Assembly (NCBI GenBank): GCA_963718585.1
Contig: OY970357.1
Span: 540,001-572,000 of the forward strand
DNA: 32,000 nucleotides
From: Candidatus Saccharimonadota bacterium
GTDB lineage: Bacteria > Patescibacteriota > Patescibacteriia > 2-12-FULL-60-25
Direction of reading: 5' to 3'
Positions 1-8,031 of this stretch are shown in pieces (position 1 is the stretch's first letter; each line of letters starts with the position of its first letter). The notes beneath the pieces were generated by a model. That model saw nothing but the letters and a program-made list of their open reading frames with translations, had not been told where the DNA came from and did not search any database. The position numbers and the translations under genes were made by a program.

Positions 1-1
1 C

Positions 2-631
2 GTGGTCTCGACGACCACACACAAGACCCTTCGCGGACCGCGCGGCGCCATCATCCTGTCGAAGACCGCGGACCGTCTCGATCCCGAAGGAAAAAAGACG
101 CTCGCACAGAAGATCGACTCTGCGGTCTTTCCGGGTGCGCAGGGCGGACCCTTGGAACACTGCATCGCCGCCAAAGCCGTCGCATTCGAAGAAGCACTGC
201 GCCCCTCATTCAAAACGTATCAACAGAACGTACTGTCGAATTGCCAAGCGCTTGCCGCAACGTTATTGGAGGAAGGTGCACGCCTTGTTTCCGGCGGATC
301 GGATAATCACTTGCTTCTCGTCGACGTGACACCATGGGGCATCGGCGGGAAAGATGCCGAACGGACACTTGAAGAGGTCGGCGTCAGCGTGAACAAGAAC
401 ATGATCCCGTTCGATAGACGGAAACCCATGGATCCATCCGGCATCCGTGTCGGGACGGCAGCGATCACGACACGCGGCTTCGACGATCGATCGACGCGCG
501 AGGTCGGCCATCTGATCGCTCATGTCCTCAGATCCCCGACGGACGAGGTCAAGACCAAGACGGCGGCACGGATCCGGGAGATCGCGAACGCGCACTCCAT
601 CTACCCAGGTCTCGCCAAATTGAGCGGATGA
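2..631 (+). CDS. glyA: Serine hydroxymethyltransferase, C-terminal ~209 aa (5' end lies outside the window)
   Basis: The translation starts VSTTTHKTLRGPRGAIIL, which is the SHMT PLP-lysine motif (T-T-H-K-T-L-x-G-P-R-G). The TGA stop is at 629-631 and a hairpin terminator follows. Confidence 0.95.
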   Translation: MVSTTTHKTLRGPRGAIILSKTADRLDPEGKKTLAQKIDSAVFPGAQGGPLEHCIAAKAVAFEEALRPSFKTYQQNVLSNCQALAATLLEEGARLVSGGSDNHLLLVDVTPWGIGGKDAERTLEEVGVSVNKNMIPFDRRKPMDPSGIRVGTAAITTRGFDDRSTREVGHLIAHVLRSPTDEVKTKTAARIREIANAHSIYPGLAKLSG

Positions 632-657
632 AAAAAGAGCGCCTCGGGCGCTCTTTA
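632..657. terminator. Rho-independent terminator hairpin, bidirectional in form
   Basis: AAAGAGCGCC-tcg-GGCGCTCTTT at 634-656. An A-run lies on one side and a T-run on the other, so it could terminate glyA (+) and a minus-strand transcript. Confidence 0.8.
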
Positions 658-688
658 GAAGATAGAAGATTTGAGACACAGGGACCGG

Positions 689-714
689 CCCGCGGAGGTG
701 ATCGCGGGATTTTT
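689..714 (+). terminator. Second plus-strand hairpin with T-run
   Basis: CCCGCG-gaggtgat-CGCGGG followed by ATTTTT. Confidence 0.5.
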
Positions 715-987
715 CACGGATGAGGGCGTCCGCGCCGGAGGTGAGGTCCGCCACACCTTCAGGACGCGCAGCACGCTGCATCGTCCTGCCCAGGCCTCTT
801 CGGCACCAAACGTCTCGCGTGGGGGGTGATACGCGAGGCTGACGGCACCACGGACCTTTCGGTCTGACACGTTCCCTTACTGACGGGAATAAAGCTGGGG
901 GAGGGCTCTCCTTCCCATCAACGCGGAAAACCGCACGGAAGCAGCGGCCGTGTCGGACCGAACATAAGTCTGTGAGGTACGAGGAAA

Positions 988-1017
988 ACGATACGTCGAA
1001 CAAAGCCCGCTTGTCAA
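988..1017 (-). promoter_or_regulatory. Candidate sigma70-type promoter directly downstream of the 1024-1049 terminator
   Basis: On the minus strand: TTGACA (1017-1012), an 18-nt spacer, then TATCGT (993-988). Confidence 0.4.
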
Positions 1018-1023
1018 GATATT

Positions 1024-1049
1024 AAAGAAAGGGACGGCAGAGCCGTCCC
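1024..1049 (-). terminator. Rho-independent terminator reading on the minus strand
   Basis: On the minus strand: GGGACGG-ctctg-CCGTCCC followed by TTTCTTT. Confidence 0.55.
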
Positions 1050-1905
1050 TTGAGAGGTGGGCAGCGGAGCCGCCCGAGAAAAAGATCGGTTCGGGGAGGA
1101 AGGACCGGGTATGCGCAGAGACCGCGCTTGTTTAAGGCACAGTTTCCTGCACCCCCGGTGGCGAGGCCTGCCTCGCGCCTATGTGGTACCCATGCCTGGG
1201 TTCCACATCCTTCCATCCTCGTGATGTCAACGGTGCGAGATGCACTTCGCGATTCCGCCCGAAAGCGTTCACGCTACTTTTCACACCCGTTTTTCACAGT
1301 GCCAGCAGATGATCCCGAGACCCGGGGTCGACATGCGCCCGCTAAAGCGCCCGTGCAGGACTTCGGTGTTCCTGCAACATCTCTGTCGATGGGTCGGCGC
1401 GTTTCCGCACCTTTCTGCCGATCGGCGGACCTGTGACCGAGGTCCGTCGGATGAGCTGTCCTTTGGACGAGCGCGTACATAGCGCACATCCGTTCGGATC
1501 ACCCCACTGTTCAGACTTCACACAGGCCTGCAAAGGGACACCCCATACGGGATGCATTGACGACGATCCGGATCCTTCGATCCGTCAGACAGTCCATGAC
1601 GCATTCGATCACTTGCGCGACCGTCTGCGAACAGGAAGTGTCCGACCGTACGAGAACCCGTTCATCATCCTTACCCTCTACCGATCGCTCAACCGTTTTG
1701 CATCCATCCGTTACGACGAATGCTTTTTCCCTGACTCGGTTCCTCCTTCGTTGTCCTTGCGGCAACGCTCCGGTCTTCCGTCGCACCTTGCGATGCGGGG
1801 CTGGCCGGATCATCCGAAGACGGTCCGTGGTCGGTCGCAGTTTCCCTTGCGGGTCTCCTGCAACGATCGAGTGACGATGTTCAGCTGTAACGTGCTGGTC
1901 ACTCT

Positions 1906-1934
1906 ATATTTTCAATTTTTTTGAGAAACGTCAA
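1906..1934 (-). promoter_or_regulatory. Candidate sigma70-type promoter facing the ORF-free segment
   Basis: On the minus strand: TTGACG (1934-1929), a 17-nt spacer, then AAATAT (1911-1906). It lies in the only AT-rich patch of the gap. Confidence 0.3.
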
Positions 1935-1942
1935 GGGTGAGA

Positions 1943-1951
1943 GGTGGATAA
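1943..1951 (-). promoter_or_regulatory. DnaA-box-like 9-mer (8/9 match)
   Basis: GGTGGATAA is the reverse complement of TTATCCACC. The consensus is TTATCCACA. Confidence 0.3.
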
Positions 1952-2020
1952 CCCGACACAGATAAAATGCGGCTGAACGATCTGAAAAAAACAACTTCTA
2001 CGACTTACGCATGTCTTGAG

Positions 2021-2029
2021 TTATCCACA
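2021..2029 (+). promoter_or_regulatory. Perfect DnaA-box 9-mer just upstream of the folD start
   Basis: TTATCCACA, in inverted orientation relative to the 1943-1951 site. Confidence 0.35.
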
Positions 2030-2051
2030 AGAATGGCGTATGCTCTTCGCC

Positions 2052-2885
2052 ATGAAACCCATCGACGGCAAAACGATCGCTCTGGATATCCGCACAAAAC
2101 TCAAAGATCGGATCACCCACCTTTCGTATACGCCGAAACTTGGCGTCATCTTGGTCGGCGAGGACGCGCCGTCACATATCTATGTGAACCTCAAAGAGAA
2201 GGCCGCCAAAGAAGCTGGGATCACAACGGACGTTCGTCGTTTCCCAGCCGAGGTGACAGACACGGATCTCATCAAGATCATTGAAGAATGGAATGCGGAC
2301 CCTGAGATGGATGCGATCCTCGTACAGATCCCCCTACCCCCAGGACACGATACGGATGCGATCATCCACGCCATGGATCCAGCGAAGGACGTCGATGGAT
2401 TCCACCCGACGAATGTCACCGCACTAGAAAACGGTGAACCGAACGTGATCCCGCCGGTCCATGAAGCGATCCTCCGTTTGATCGCCGCGACCGACGTCGC
2501 GCCGGATCGAAACGAGATCGTCGTGATCGCGAATAGCGACACGTTCGCCACCCCCCTCGTCCAGCTCTTGAAGACCGCTGGCGGATTCGTTCAACGATCG
2601 ACGCCAGATGATCTCGATACCTCTGCGTTGAGGCACGCGAAGATCATCATCAGCGCCGCCGGCCGTGCCGGACTCATCAATGGCGCTGATCTTTCACCAG
2701 GTGTCTGTCTGATCGACGTCGGGACCAATCGCCTTCCGGACGGAAAAGTGGTCGGAGATGTCGACGTCACCAGCACAAGGGACGTAGATGGATGGATCAC
2801 ACCGGTTCCAGGTGGCGTTGGTCCCATGACCATCGCCATGCTGCTGAAGAACGTGGTCGATCTAGCGGAAAAACGAAGGAAATGA
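2052..2885 (+). CDS. folD: Bifunctional methylenetetrahydrofolate dehydrogenase/cyclohydrolase
   Basis: MKPIDGKTIALDIRTKLKDRI..., VQIPLP, and PGGVGPMTIAMLLKN near the C-terminus. I chose the ATG at 2052 over the upstream in-frame ATG at 2016. Confidence 0.95.
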   Translation: MKPIDGKTIALDIRTKLKDRITHLSYTPKLGVILVGEDAPSHIYVNLKEKAAKEAGITTDVRRFPAEVTDTDLIKIIEEWNADPEMDAILVQIPLPPGHDTDAIIHAMDPAKDVDGFHPTNVTALENGEPNVIPPVHEAILRLIAATDVAPDRNEIVVIANSDTFATPLVQLLKTAGGFVQRSTPDDLDTSALRHAKIIISAAGRAGLINGADLSPGVCLIDVGTNRLPDGKVVGDVDVTSTRDVDGWITPVPGGVGPMTIAMLLKNVVDLAEKRRK

Positions 2886-2912
2886 AAAAACGGGCTTGAT
2901 CCCGTTTTTTTT
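2886..2912 (+). terminator. Rho-independent terminator of folD
   Basis: AAAAAACGGG-cttgat-CCCGTTTTTTTT. Confidence 0.8.
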
Positions 2913-2921
2913 ATCCACCCT

Positions 2922-3395
2922 CTACACGGCGATCCCCTCTCCCGCAGCGGAGTGCATCTTCTTGATCCGAAGGACGCGCGCGACCATGAGGATCGCCGCG
3001 ATCTCCAGCATATATTGCACGATCGTATCGATGTTCGAGAAGAGGATCGGGACCCCGATGATGAACACCTCATAGCTCGCTTCGAACATGAAGGTGATGA
3101 CCATCCAAACGATCAACAAGATGATGACATTCTTTTGTGTCGGATAGCTTGGATGGAGCGCCCAATAGGCGAATCCATACGCCAACGCGGTGGTCATGAT
3201 CCAAATGGGAAAGGAAAGGGCATATCCATGCCACGAATGTGGGACGACATACCCAAGGACGAGCATGATCGCGACCGTATCTGCGACCCACTTGAGAAGC
3301 GAGATCCCGATGAAACGAAACCACATCCCAGCTCCGTCTCCACTCTCTGAGCTATTTTTTTCTTTTTCGAACATGAATGCGAAACCCATTCTCAT
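2922..3395 (-). CDS. Hypothetical small integral membrane protein
   Basis: The translation has several hydrophobic helices (e.g. VADTVAIMLVLGYVV, IILLIVWMVITFMF). It starts 9 nt after the permease stop. An alternative start is M24 at 3326, which is preceded by GGAG. Confidence 0.6.
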   Translation of the reverse strand: MRMGFAFMFEKEKNSSESGDGAGMWFRFIGISLLKWVADTVAIMLVLGYVVPHSWHGYALSFPIWIMTTALAYGFAYWALHPSYPTQKNVIILLIVWMVITFMFEASYEVFIIGVPILFSNIDTIVQYMLEIAAILMVARVLRIKKMHSAAGEGIAV

Positions 3396-3404
3396 AAGTT
3401 GAGA

Positions 3405-4541
3405 TTATCTCACGCTTTCGAGCACCCGTCGAATAAGGATGGCGCCGAATGCGAGAACGGAGAGAGCTGGGGCGATCGACCGCCACCAGATATTGGAAAG
3501 CCGGCGTTTCCTCAACACCCGATGTGCCATGATCGCGATCAAGATCGCATTGAAGCCGGTCACGACACCACCGACGAAGCTGACCGTGTCCAAAAAATTC
3601 CGAGCGGTCACGAACAAGAGGAAAAGCGGAGACCCGAGCGCGATCGCCCACGCCACAGGCTTCGACAGATGCGCGTCCAAATGAAGCATGGCCTTGAGAT
3701 CCTGGATCAAGGTGATGAACGAAGTCGCCACGGCAAGGAAACCGAGCGCCGGTAAGAGCCACGCGAGCATGGGCGGGAACAATGACCCAAGTTGTTCCGG
3801 ACCGGCGTTCGCACCAAGGGCTGCGGCGGCGAACGCACCGAAGAACCAGATCAAGAGCGCCGCGCCCAATGTCCCAAGCGCTACGGCGAGTCGCGTCTCT
3901 CGCTGACGCCGCCCCATGACCGATGCGACCTCCGGGATCACGGCCCATCCGAAGATCGCGAAAAGAAAGACCCCGGCGTTGTCCAAAGCCGGCGTCCAAT
4001 GCGCCGTCACGATCGCGGTGTGCTGAAGATGCGGGACATACAACGCCGTCGCGATGACCAGGAGCACGCCCAATGTCCAGGTCAACGCTGCCTCCACCCG
4101 CGCGACGAACTTCAATCCCACGAAGACCGTTGCCGCACCACCAGCCCAAAAGGCCAATTGCCACCACAGCGCCCCGTCCCCGAACCCGGCCTGCGTCGCA
4201 AGTTGATTCAAGAATTCTCCGCCAAGGATCAAATACGCCAGACAGGCGCCGATGATCTGTGCCGGGTGTGAAAGATACGCGATGCGACGGCCCCAAGGGC
4301 CAAGAGACGCTCCGGCCTGTGCCGGCAGGCGATGGGATGCGGCAGAGGTATTCGCGAGGATGATGTCCGCATACAAGAGGTGGATCACGAGGATCGCGAG
4401 CGCCGCGATCCAAAAGGCGACCGTTCCTGCGGCGACGCCGGTCTGGCTCATCGCCGCTGGGAGCGCGAACGTCCCGGCACCGATGATCGTTCCGAGCATG
4501 AGCAGTGTCGCGCGGGAAAAGGCTTTTGGATCGGCTTTCAT
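3405..4541 (-). CDS. Amino-acid permease (Trp/Tyr-permease / AAAP-like fold)
   Basis: Polytopic membrane protein of 378 aa. The N-terminal LGTIIGAGTFALPAAM resembles the GxIIGAGM(F/L)xLP motif of aromatic amino-acid permeases. Confidence 0.75.
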   Translation of the reverse strand: MKADPKAFSRATLLMLGTIIGAGTFALPAAMSQTGVAAGTVAFWIAALAILVIHLLYADIILANTSAASHRLPAQAGASLGPWGRRIAYLSHPAQIIGACLAYLILGGEFLNQLATQAGFGDGALWWQLAFWAGGAATVFVGLKFVARVEAALTWTLGVLLVIATALYVPHLQHTAIVTAHWTPALDNAGVFLFAIFGWAVIPEVASVMGRRQRETRLAVALGTLGAALLIWFFGAFAAAALGANAGPEQLGSLFPPMLAWLLPALGFLAVATSFITLIQDLKAMLHLDAHLSKPVAWAIALGSPLFLLFVTARNFLDTVSFVGGVVTGFNAILIAIMAHRVLRKRRLSNIWWRSIAPALSVLAFGAILIRRVLESVR

Positions 4542-4588
4542 CGCGTCCAGTATACACTACGGCCGATCCATCCCCTCCCCATCCCCAT
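4538..4588 (-). CDS. Candidate 16-codon leader ORF (MGMGRGWIGRSVYWTR) coupled to the permease
   Basis: AAGGAG, 5 nt, then ATG at 4588. Its TGA stop (4540-4538) overlaps the permease ATG (4541-4539) as ATGA. The permease has no Shine-Dalgarno sequence of its own. Confidence 0.25.
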   Translation of the reverse strand: MGMGRGWIGRSVYWTR

Positions 4589-4635
4589 CTTATCTCCTTG
4601 CCTCTCTCCCGCCGTGGGTTATAAGGTGCCGTCAT

Positions 4636-6108
4636 ATGGCGAACGTGGAACGCATCCCCCCACAGAGCGTCGAGGCGGAACAATCGCTCCTCGGCTCACT
4701 CTTACTTGATAAGGACGCCATGATCCGCGTCTCCGACCAGATAACGGCGGAGGACTTTTACGCGGACAAACACCGTGAGATCTACGAGGCGATGCTTGAT
4801 CTGTTCCGTCGACACGAACCGATCGACATCCTCTCACTCTCGAATCGTTTACAGGAGAAAGGCGAGCTTGAATCCCTCGGGGGCCGCGCATACCTCATTC
4901 AACTGTCGAATGCCGTCCCAACGGCAAGCCACGTGGTCCATTATGGGACCATCGTCCATAAGAAGGCGACCCTGCGCCGTCTCATCCGCGCATCCGGTGA
5001 GATCACGGCAATGGGTTTTGATGAAGAAAAGGACATCGACATCGTCCTCGACAATGCGGAACAAAAACTCTTCAACGTCTCACAAAAATTCCTCAAGACC
5101 GCATTCACGCCGATCCAGAACATCCTGGACTCCGCATTCGAACGCATCGACGAGCTCCATAAGGAAAAAGGGAAGATGCGCGGTGTCCCGACCGGATACA
5201 CCGATCTCGACAGCCTGCTCGGCGGACTGCAGAAGAGCGACCTTCTCATCCTTGCGGCCCGACCATCCTGCGGAAAGACAGCGCTTGCGCTCGACATCGC
5301 GCGCCATGTCGCAGTCAAGAGCAAGGTCGGCGTCGGGATCTTCTCGCTGGAAATGTCCAAAGAACAGCTCGTCGATCGCATGTTGTGCGCCGAAGCCAAT
5401 GTGAACCTCTGGAGCATGCGCACCGGGCACTTGACCGACCAAGGAGCGAACGACGACTTTTCACGCATCGGCCACGCACTTGGCACCCTTTCCGAAGCCC
5501 CGATCTTCATCGACGACTCCGCGTCTGCCACGATCATGGAGATCCGTGCAAAGGCACGACGCCTCCAGATGGAGAAAGGGCTCGGTCTGCTCATCGTCGA
5601 CTATCTTCAACTCATGGAATCGCGCACAGGCAAGATCGACAACCGCGTGCAGGAGATCGCCGAGATCACGCGCGGACTCAAACAGATCGCGCGCGAATTG
5701 AACATCCCGGTCCTTGCCCTTTCTCAGCTCTCTCGCGCGGTGGAGCAGCAAAAGCCCGCGATCCCCAAACTCGCTCATCTGCGCGAATCTGGTTCCATTG
5801 AGCAGGATGCGGATATCGTGATGTTCATCTATCGCAAAGCTGCGGATCGAAATTACCGGAAAGAAGACCTCTCCCCGGATGAGCTCCACACGGCAGAGGT
5901 CCATATCGCCAAACATCGCAACGGTCCGACCGGGACGGTGTATCTGTACTTCGACGACTCGCGTGCGAACTTCAAGAATCTCGCGAAACGATCACAAGGA
6001 AACGCGCCGGCCCTCGCGCCCGCGGCCCAGTCCGCCGCCCCGGGCCTTCCGCCCGGCCTTGATCCGAACACTCCGATCGAAACGACCAAACCGCCGGGTC
6101 AGGCATGA
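4636..6108 (+). CDS. dnaB: Replicative DNA helicase DnaB
   Basis: PPQSVEAEQSLLGSLLLD at the N-terminus, Walker A ARPSCGKTALAL, IVDYLQLM and SQLSRAVEQ. The start is MANVERIPP at 4636. A ~40-aa Pro/Ala-rich C-terminal tail follows the helicase core. Confidence 0.95.
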   Translation: MANVERIPPQSVEAEQSLLGSLLLDKDAMIRVSDQITAEDFYADKHREIYEAMLDLFRRHEPIDILSLSNRLQEKGELESLGGRAYLIQLSNAVPTASHVVHYGTIVHKKATLRRLIRASGEITAMGFDEEKDIDIVLDNAEQKLFNVSQKFLKTAFTPIQNILDSAFERIDELHKEKGKMRGVPTGYTDLDSLLGGLQKSDLLILAARPSCGKTALALDIARHVAVKSKVGVGIFSLEMSKEQLVDRMLCAEANVNLWSMRTGHLTDQGANDDFSRIGHALGTLSEAPIFIDDSASATIMEIRAKARRLQMEKGLGLLIVDYLQLMESRTGKIDNRVQEIAEITRGLKQIARELNIPVLALSQLSRAVEQQKPAIPKLAHLRESGSIEQDADIVMFIYRKAADRNYRKEDLSPDELHTAEVHIAKHRNGPTGTVYLYFDDSRANFKNLAKRSQGNAPALAPAAQSAAPGLPPGLDPNTPIETTKPPGQA

Positions 6109-6110
6109 GA

Positions 6111-6147
6111 AATAAATGAAAAGCCCCGCCTGACGAGAGACGGGGCT
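6111..6147 (-). terminator. Terminator between the convergent dnaB and GT-C/TPR genes
   Basis: AGCCCCG (6122-6128) pairs with CGGGGCT (6141-6147). On the minus strand the stem is followed by TTTTCATTTATTT. Confidence 0.7.
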
Positions 6148-6171
6148 TGAGAGATGTCGCACGGACCGCGT

Positions 6172-7869
6172 TCAGTCCGATGCGATGTGCTTTTTCGATC
6201 TGTAGAGCGAATCTTCCGATCCGACGAAGGAGAGCGGAAACGGTTTTCCGCTTTGAATGGCAAGGACGTTCGCCTTCTCGCCGTCGAGATCCTTTGCGTG
6301 CGGGAACTTCCGCTTCCATCTGCCGATCTCTTTCAGAGCGAGATCCGCATGACCTGAGAGCGCGAGCGCGAGGAAATACTGCCGACGCGAGGCATGCCAT
6401 TTCGGTTTGGCGTAGGCGAGCTCCTGAAAATACGGGACCGCGTCAGCCGCCAACCCATGCAACAACATCCAGCTGCCGATGCAGTTATCCACAGCGATCC
6501 GCTTGGTCGGCATGATCGCGGCGTACGCGACACAGTTCGGAAACGCCTCATCGAGCTTGCCCATGCCTAGACTCTGCTCGATCCGCCGATGCAACGTTAT
6601 GGGATCACGGGGTTGAAGGAGCGCGTCGCACTCCGAAAGCGTCTCCATATCCTGATAACAGAACGCGCGTCCGCGCGCGATCGGAGCCATCGCAAGCGCG
6701 GCCAAGAACGGCGTCGCACCTACGATCGCCCGTACGCTCCGCGTCCGAAGACGCTGAGCGACCCACGGCGTTGCCTGTTCGGCAAGCGCGGCGAAGACGA
6801 AGGTAAAACCGATCAAGGTCTCGTACGCGTACCGGTTGCTGATCCCAAGAAGGATCGTGACGAGATACAGCGGAAGCGCGATCGATGCCAGGACCGTCGC
6901 GCCGCCCGCCACAGCGAGGACCCGAAGTCGCGGCGCATGGCGCACGCAAGCGACACATGCAGCGAGGAGAAACATCAGAACGATCGCGCCGAGAATGCCA
7001 TGCAGGACGTTCCCGTGAAGGATCGAGCGATCCGAAGCGACGTCCGTGGGCAAAAAGACGTCTTTCAATAATCGCCATCCGGACGGCGCCATGATGTGGA
7101 ACGTCTTGGCGGTCACGAGCTTGCCGAAAGGGATCCGCCAGATGTGAAACGCATGACGAAGAATGAGATCCACCCCGATCGCCATCGCCGCACCCACGCC
7201 CGCGGATGCGATCCGCGGACGGATCGGCGTCTGTCCTTCCTTCGGCGCCGCGGCAAACACCACGAACAGCACCGCAGACGCCGCGAAGAACTCGCGGCTG
7301 AACATCGAGAAGAGCACCGCGACGAATGTCACGATCGCGATCGGGATGCGTCGGACGATCCGGGGCAGGACCATCAATCCGGCAAGGACGATGATCCACC
7401 CAAGCAGGTCCTGACGACCGCCCAGATAATCCACGTTCTCCGCGGTGACCGGATGGACTGTGAACAGCACGGTGACCGCGATCGCGATCGACCGTCGGAC
7501 GCCGTAACGGCAGAGGGTCTCTGCGAGGAGGATCGCGACCAACAGGTGCATCGCGATGCTCACTGCATGGAGCGGGACCGTATGCGCCCCGAACAGATGC
7601 CAGGTCAGCCAATAGCTGAAACTCGACAGTGGTCGGTAGTACGAGCTCTCGAACGGCTGAGGCGTCAATGCGAACAAACTGTGCGTCAACAGTCCCTTGA
7701 GAGACCCGCCATGCTGAATGTATGCGTTGTGCAGGATCAGCCGATCATCATCTTGCGTAAATCCGCTTTGCAAGGAAGCGCTGTGTGCAACAAGGGTGGC
7801 GACACAGATCGGAAGCCACCACGTATACGCGATCACGGCCTCCCGATGTCGTGTAAACCATTCCTTCAT
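6172..7869 (-). CDS. Polytopic GT-C-type (TMTC/PMT-like) glycosyltransferase with C-terminal TPR repeats
   Basis: The first loop motif FTQDDDRLILHN resembles the DD/DE motif of GT-C enzymes. There are many TM helices, and the C-terminal ~180 aa is TPR-like. The start is MKEWFTRH at 7869, preceded by GGAGGAAGA. Confidence 0.65.
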   Translation of the reverse strand: MKEWFTRHREAVIAYTWWLPICVATLVAHSASLQSGFTQDDDRLILHNAYIQHGGSLKGLLTHSLFALTPQPFESSYYRPLSSFSYWLTWHLFGAHTVPLHAVSIAMHLLVAILLAETLCRYGVRRSIAIAVTVLFTVHPVTAENVDYLGGRQDLLGWIIVLAGLMVLPRIVRRIPIAIVTFVAVLFSMFSREFFAASAVLFVVFAAAPKEGQTPIRPRIASAGVGAAMAIGVDLILRHAFHIWRIPFGKLVTAKTFHIMAPSGWRLLKDVFLPTDVASDRSILHGNVLHGILGAIVLMFLLAACVACVRHAPRLRVLAVAGGATVLASIALPLYLVTILLGISNRYAYETLIGFTFVFAALAEQATPWVAQRLRTRSVRAIVGATPFLAALAMAPIARGRAFCYQDMETLSECDALLQPRDPITLHRRIEQSLGMGKLDEAFPNCVAYAAIMPTKRIAVDNCIGSWMLLHGLAADAVPYFQELAYAKPKWHASRRQYFLALALSGHADLALKEIGRWKRKFPHAKDLDGEKANVLAIQSGKPFPLSFVGSEDSLYRSKKHIASD

Positions 7870-8031
7870 TCTTCCTCCGGTGTGAAAGAGCGTCTCCCCT
7901 GTACCGCGTTTTCCGCCATGCGTCAATCCATTCGAGGTCCTTCATGCGATATATTTCAACAAAAAAAGCCTCTTGCCCATGAACCCGATGCCCTGTAACC
8001 TGACCGTACTTCCACTCTTTTCGACCAACCT

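Larger units (their letters stand above)
659..2015 (-). ncRNA. ORF-free, hairpin-dense 1.35-kb segment; candidate unclassified large structured RNA locus (possibly two minus-strand transcripts)
   Basis: There is no credible ORF in any frame. Minus-strand promoter-like and terminator-like signals bracket the segment. Several perfect 5-7 bp stems are present, some capped by GNRA tetraloops when read in minus sense. Confidence 0.35.

Noticed and set aside
937-945. GGAAGCAGC, reminiscent of the SRP RNA domain IV.
   Set aside because: The flanking GGUCCGGAAGGAAGCAGCC context and the symmetric-loop partner are missing, so this is most likely a chance 9-mer.
263-1003. A 246-aa minus-strand ORF antisense to glyA that runs into the intergenic gap.
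   Set aside because: It is antisense to a confidently identified SHMT gene, has a low-complexity Arg/Cys-rich translation, and has no start context.
1091-1110. TCGGGGAGGAAGGACCGGGT, which resembles the RNase P RNA P4 motif GAGGAAAGUCCGGGC.
   Set aside because: The core AAAGUCC is not matched, and the other universally conserved RNase P blocks (for example ACAGAA...GGCUUA) are absent on either strand.
1193-1400. GCCUGGG and GGGUCGG strings, checked as a possible ZTP (pfl) riboswitch because folD and glyA are typical ZTP-regulated genes.
   Set aside because: The two blocks are in the wrong order and too far apart. The conserved CCGCCUGGGC and GGGUCGUGACUGGCG are not matched, and nothing similar lies directly upstream of folD.
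1025-1874. A plus frame in the gap interrupted only by TGA codons (1434, 1452, 1872), raising the idea of UGA recoding (code 4/25).
   Set aside because: Many confident genes in the window terminate at TGA at the expected position. The read-through translation is Arg/Ser/Pro/Thr-rich and not protein-like. Long TGA-only frames are expected in GC-rich DNA.
4567-4590. A potential G-quadruplex / i-motif in the C-run tract upstream of dnaB (minus strand GGGGATGGGGAGGGGATGG).
   Set aside because: Only three G4 runs plus a GG are present, so the canonical four-tract G3+ pattern is not met. I kept it only as context for the uORF finding.
4252-4635. A 128-codon N-terminal extension of the dnaB ORF.
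   Set aside because: It overlaps the permease gene on the other strand. DnaB homology starts at MANVERIPPQSVEAEQ (4636), and the extension is not protein-like.
3352-4683. A 443-aa ORF on the minus strand spanning the permease locus.
   Set aside because: It is out of frame with and fully overlaps the clearly polytopic 378-aa permease ORF. Its translation is Arg/Gly/Pro-rich noise typical of shadow ORFs in GC-rich DNA.
6605-7998. Long ORFs (335 aa on the minus strand, 300 aa on the plus strand) overlapping the GT-C/TPR gene.
   Set aside because: They are alternative-frame or antisense shadows of a coherent 565-aa membrane/TPR protein. Their translations are dominated by Arg, Asp, His and Pro runs.
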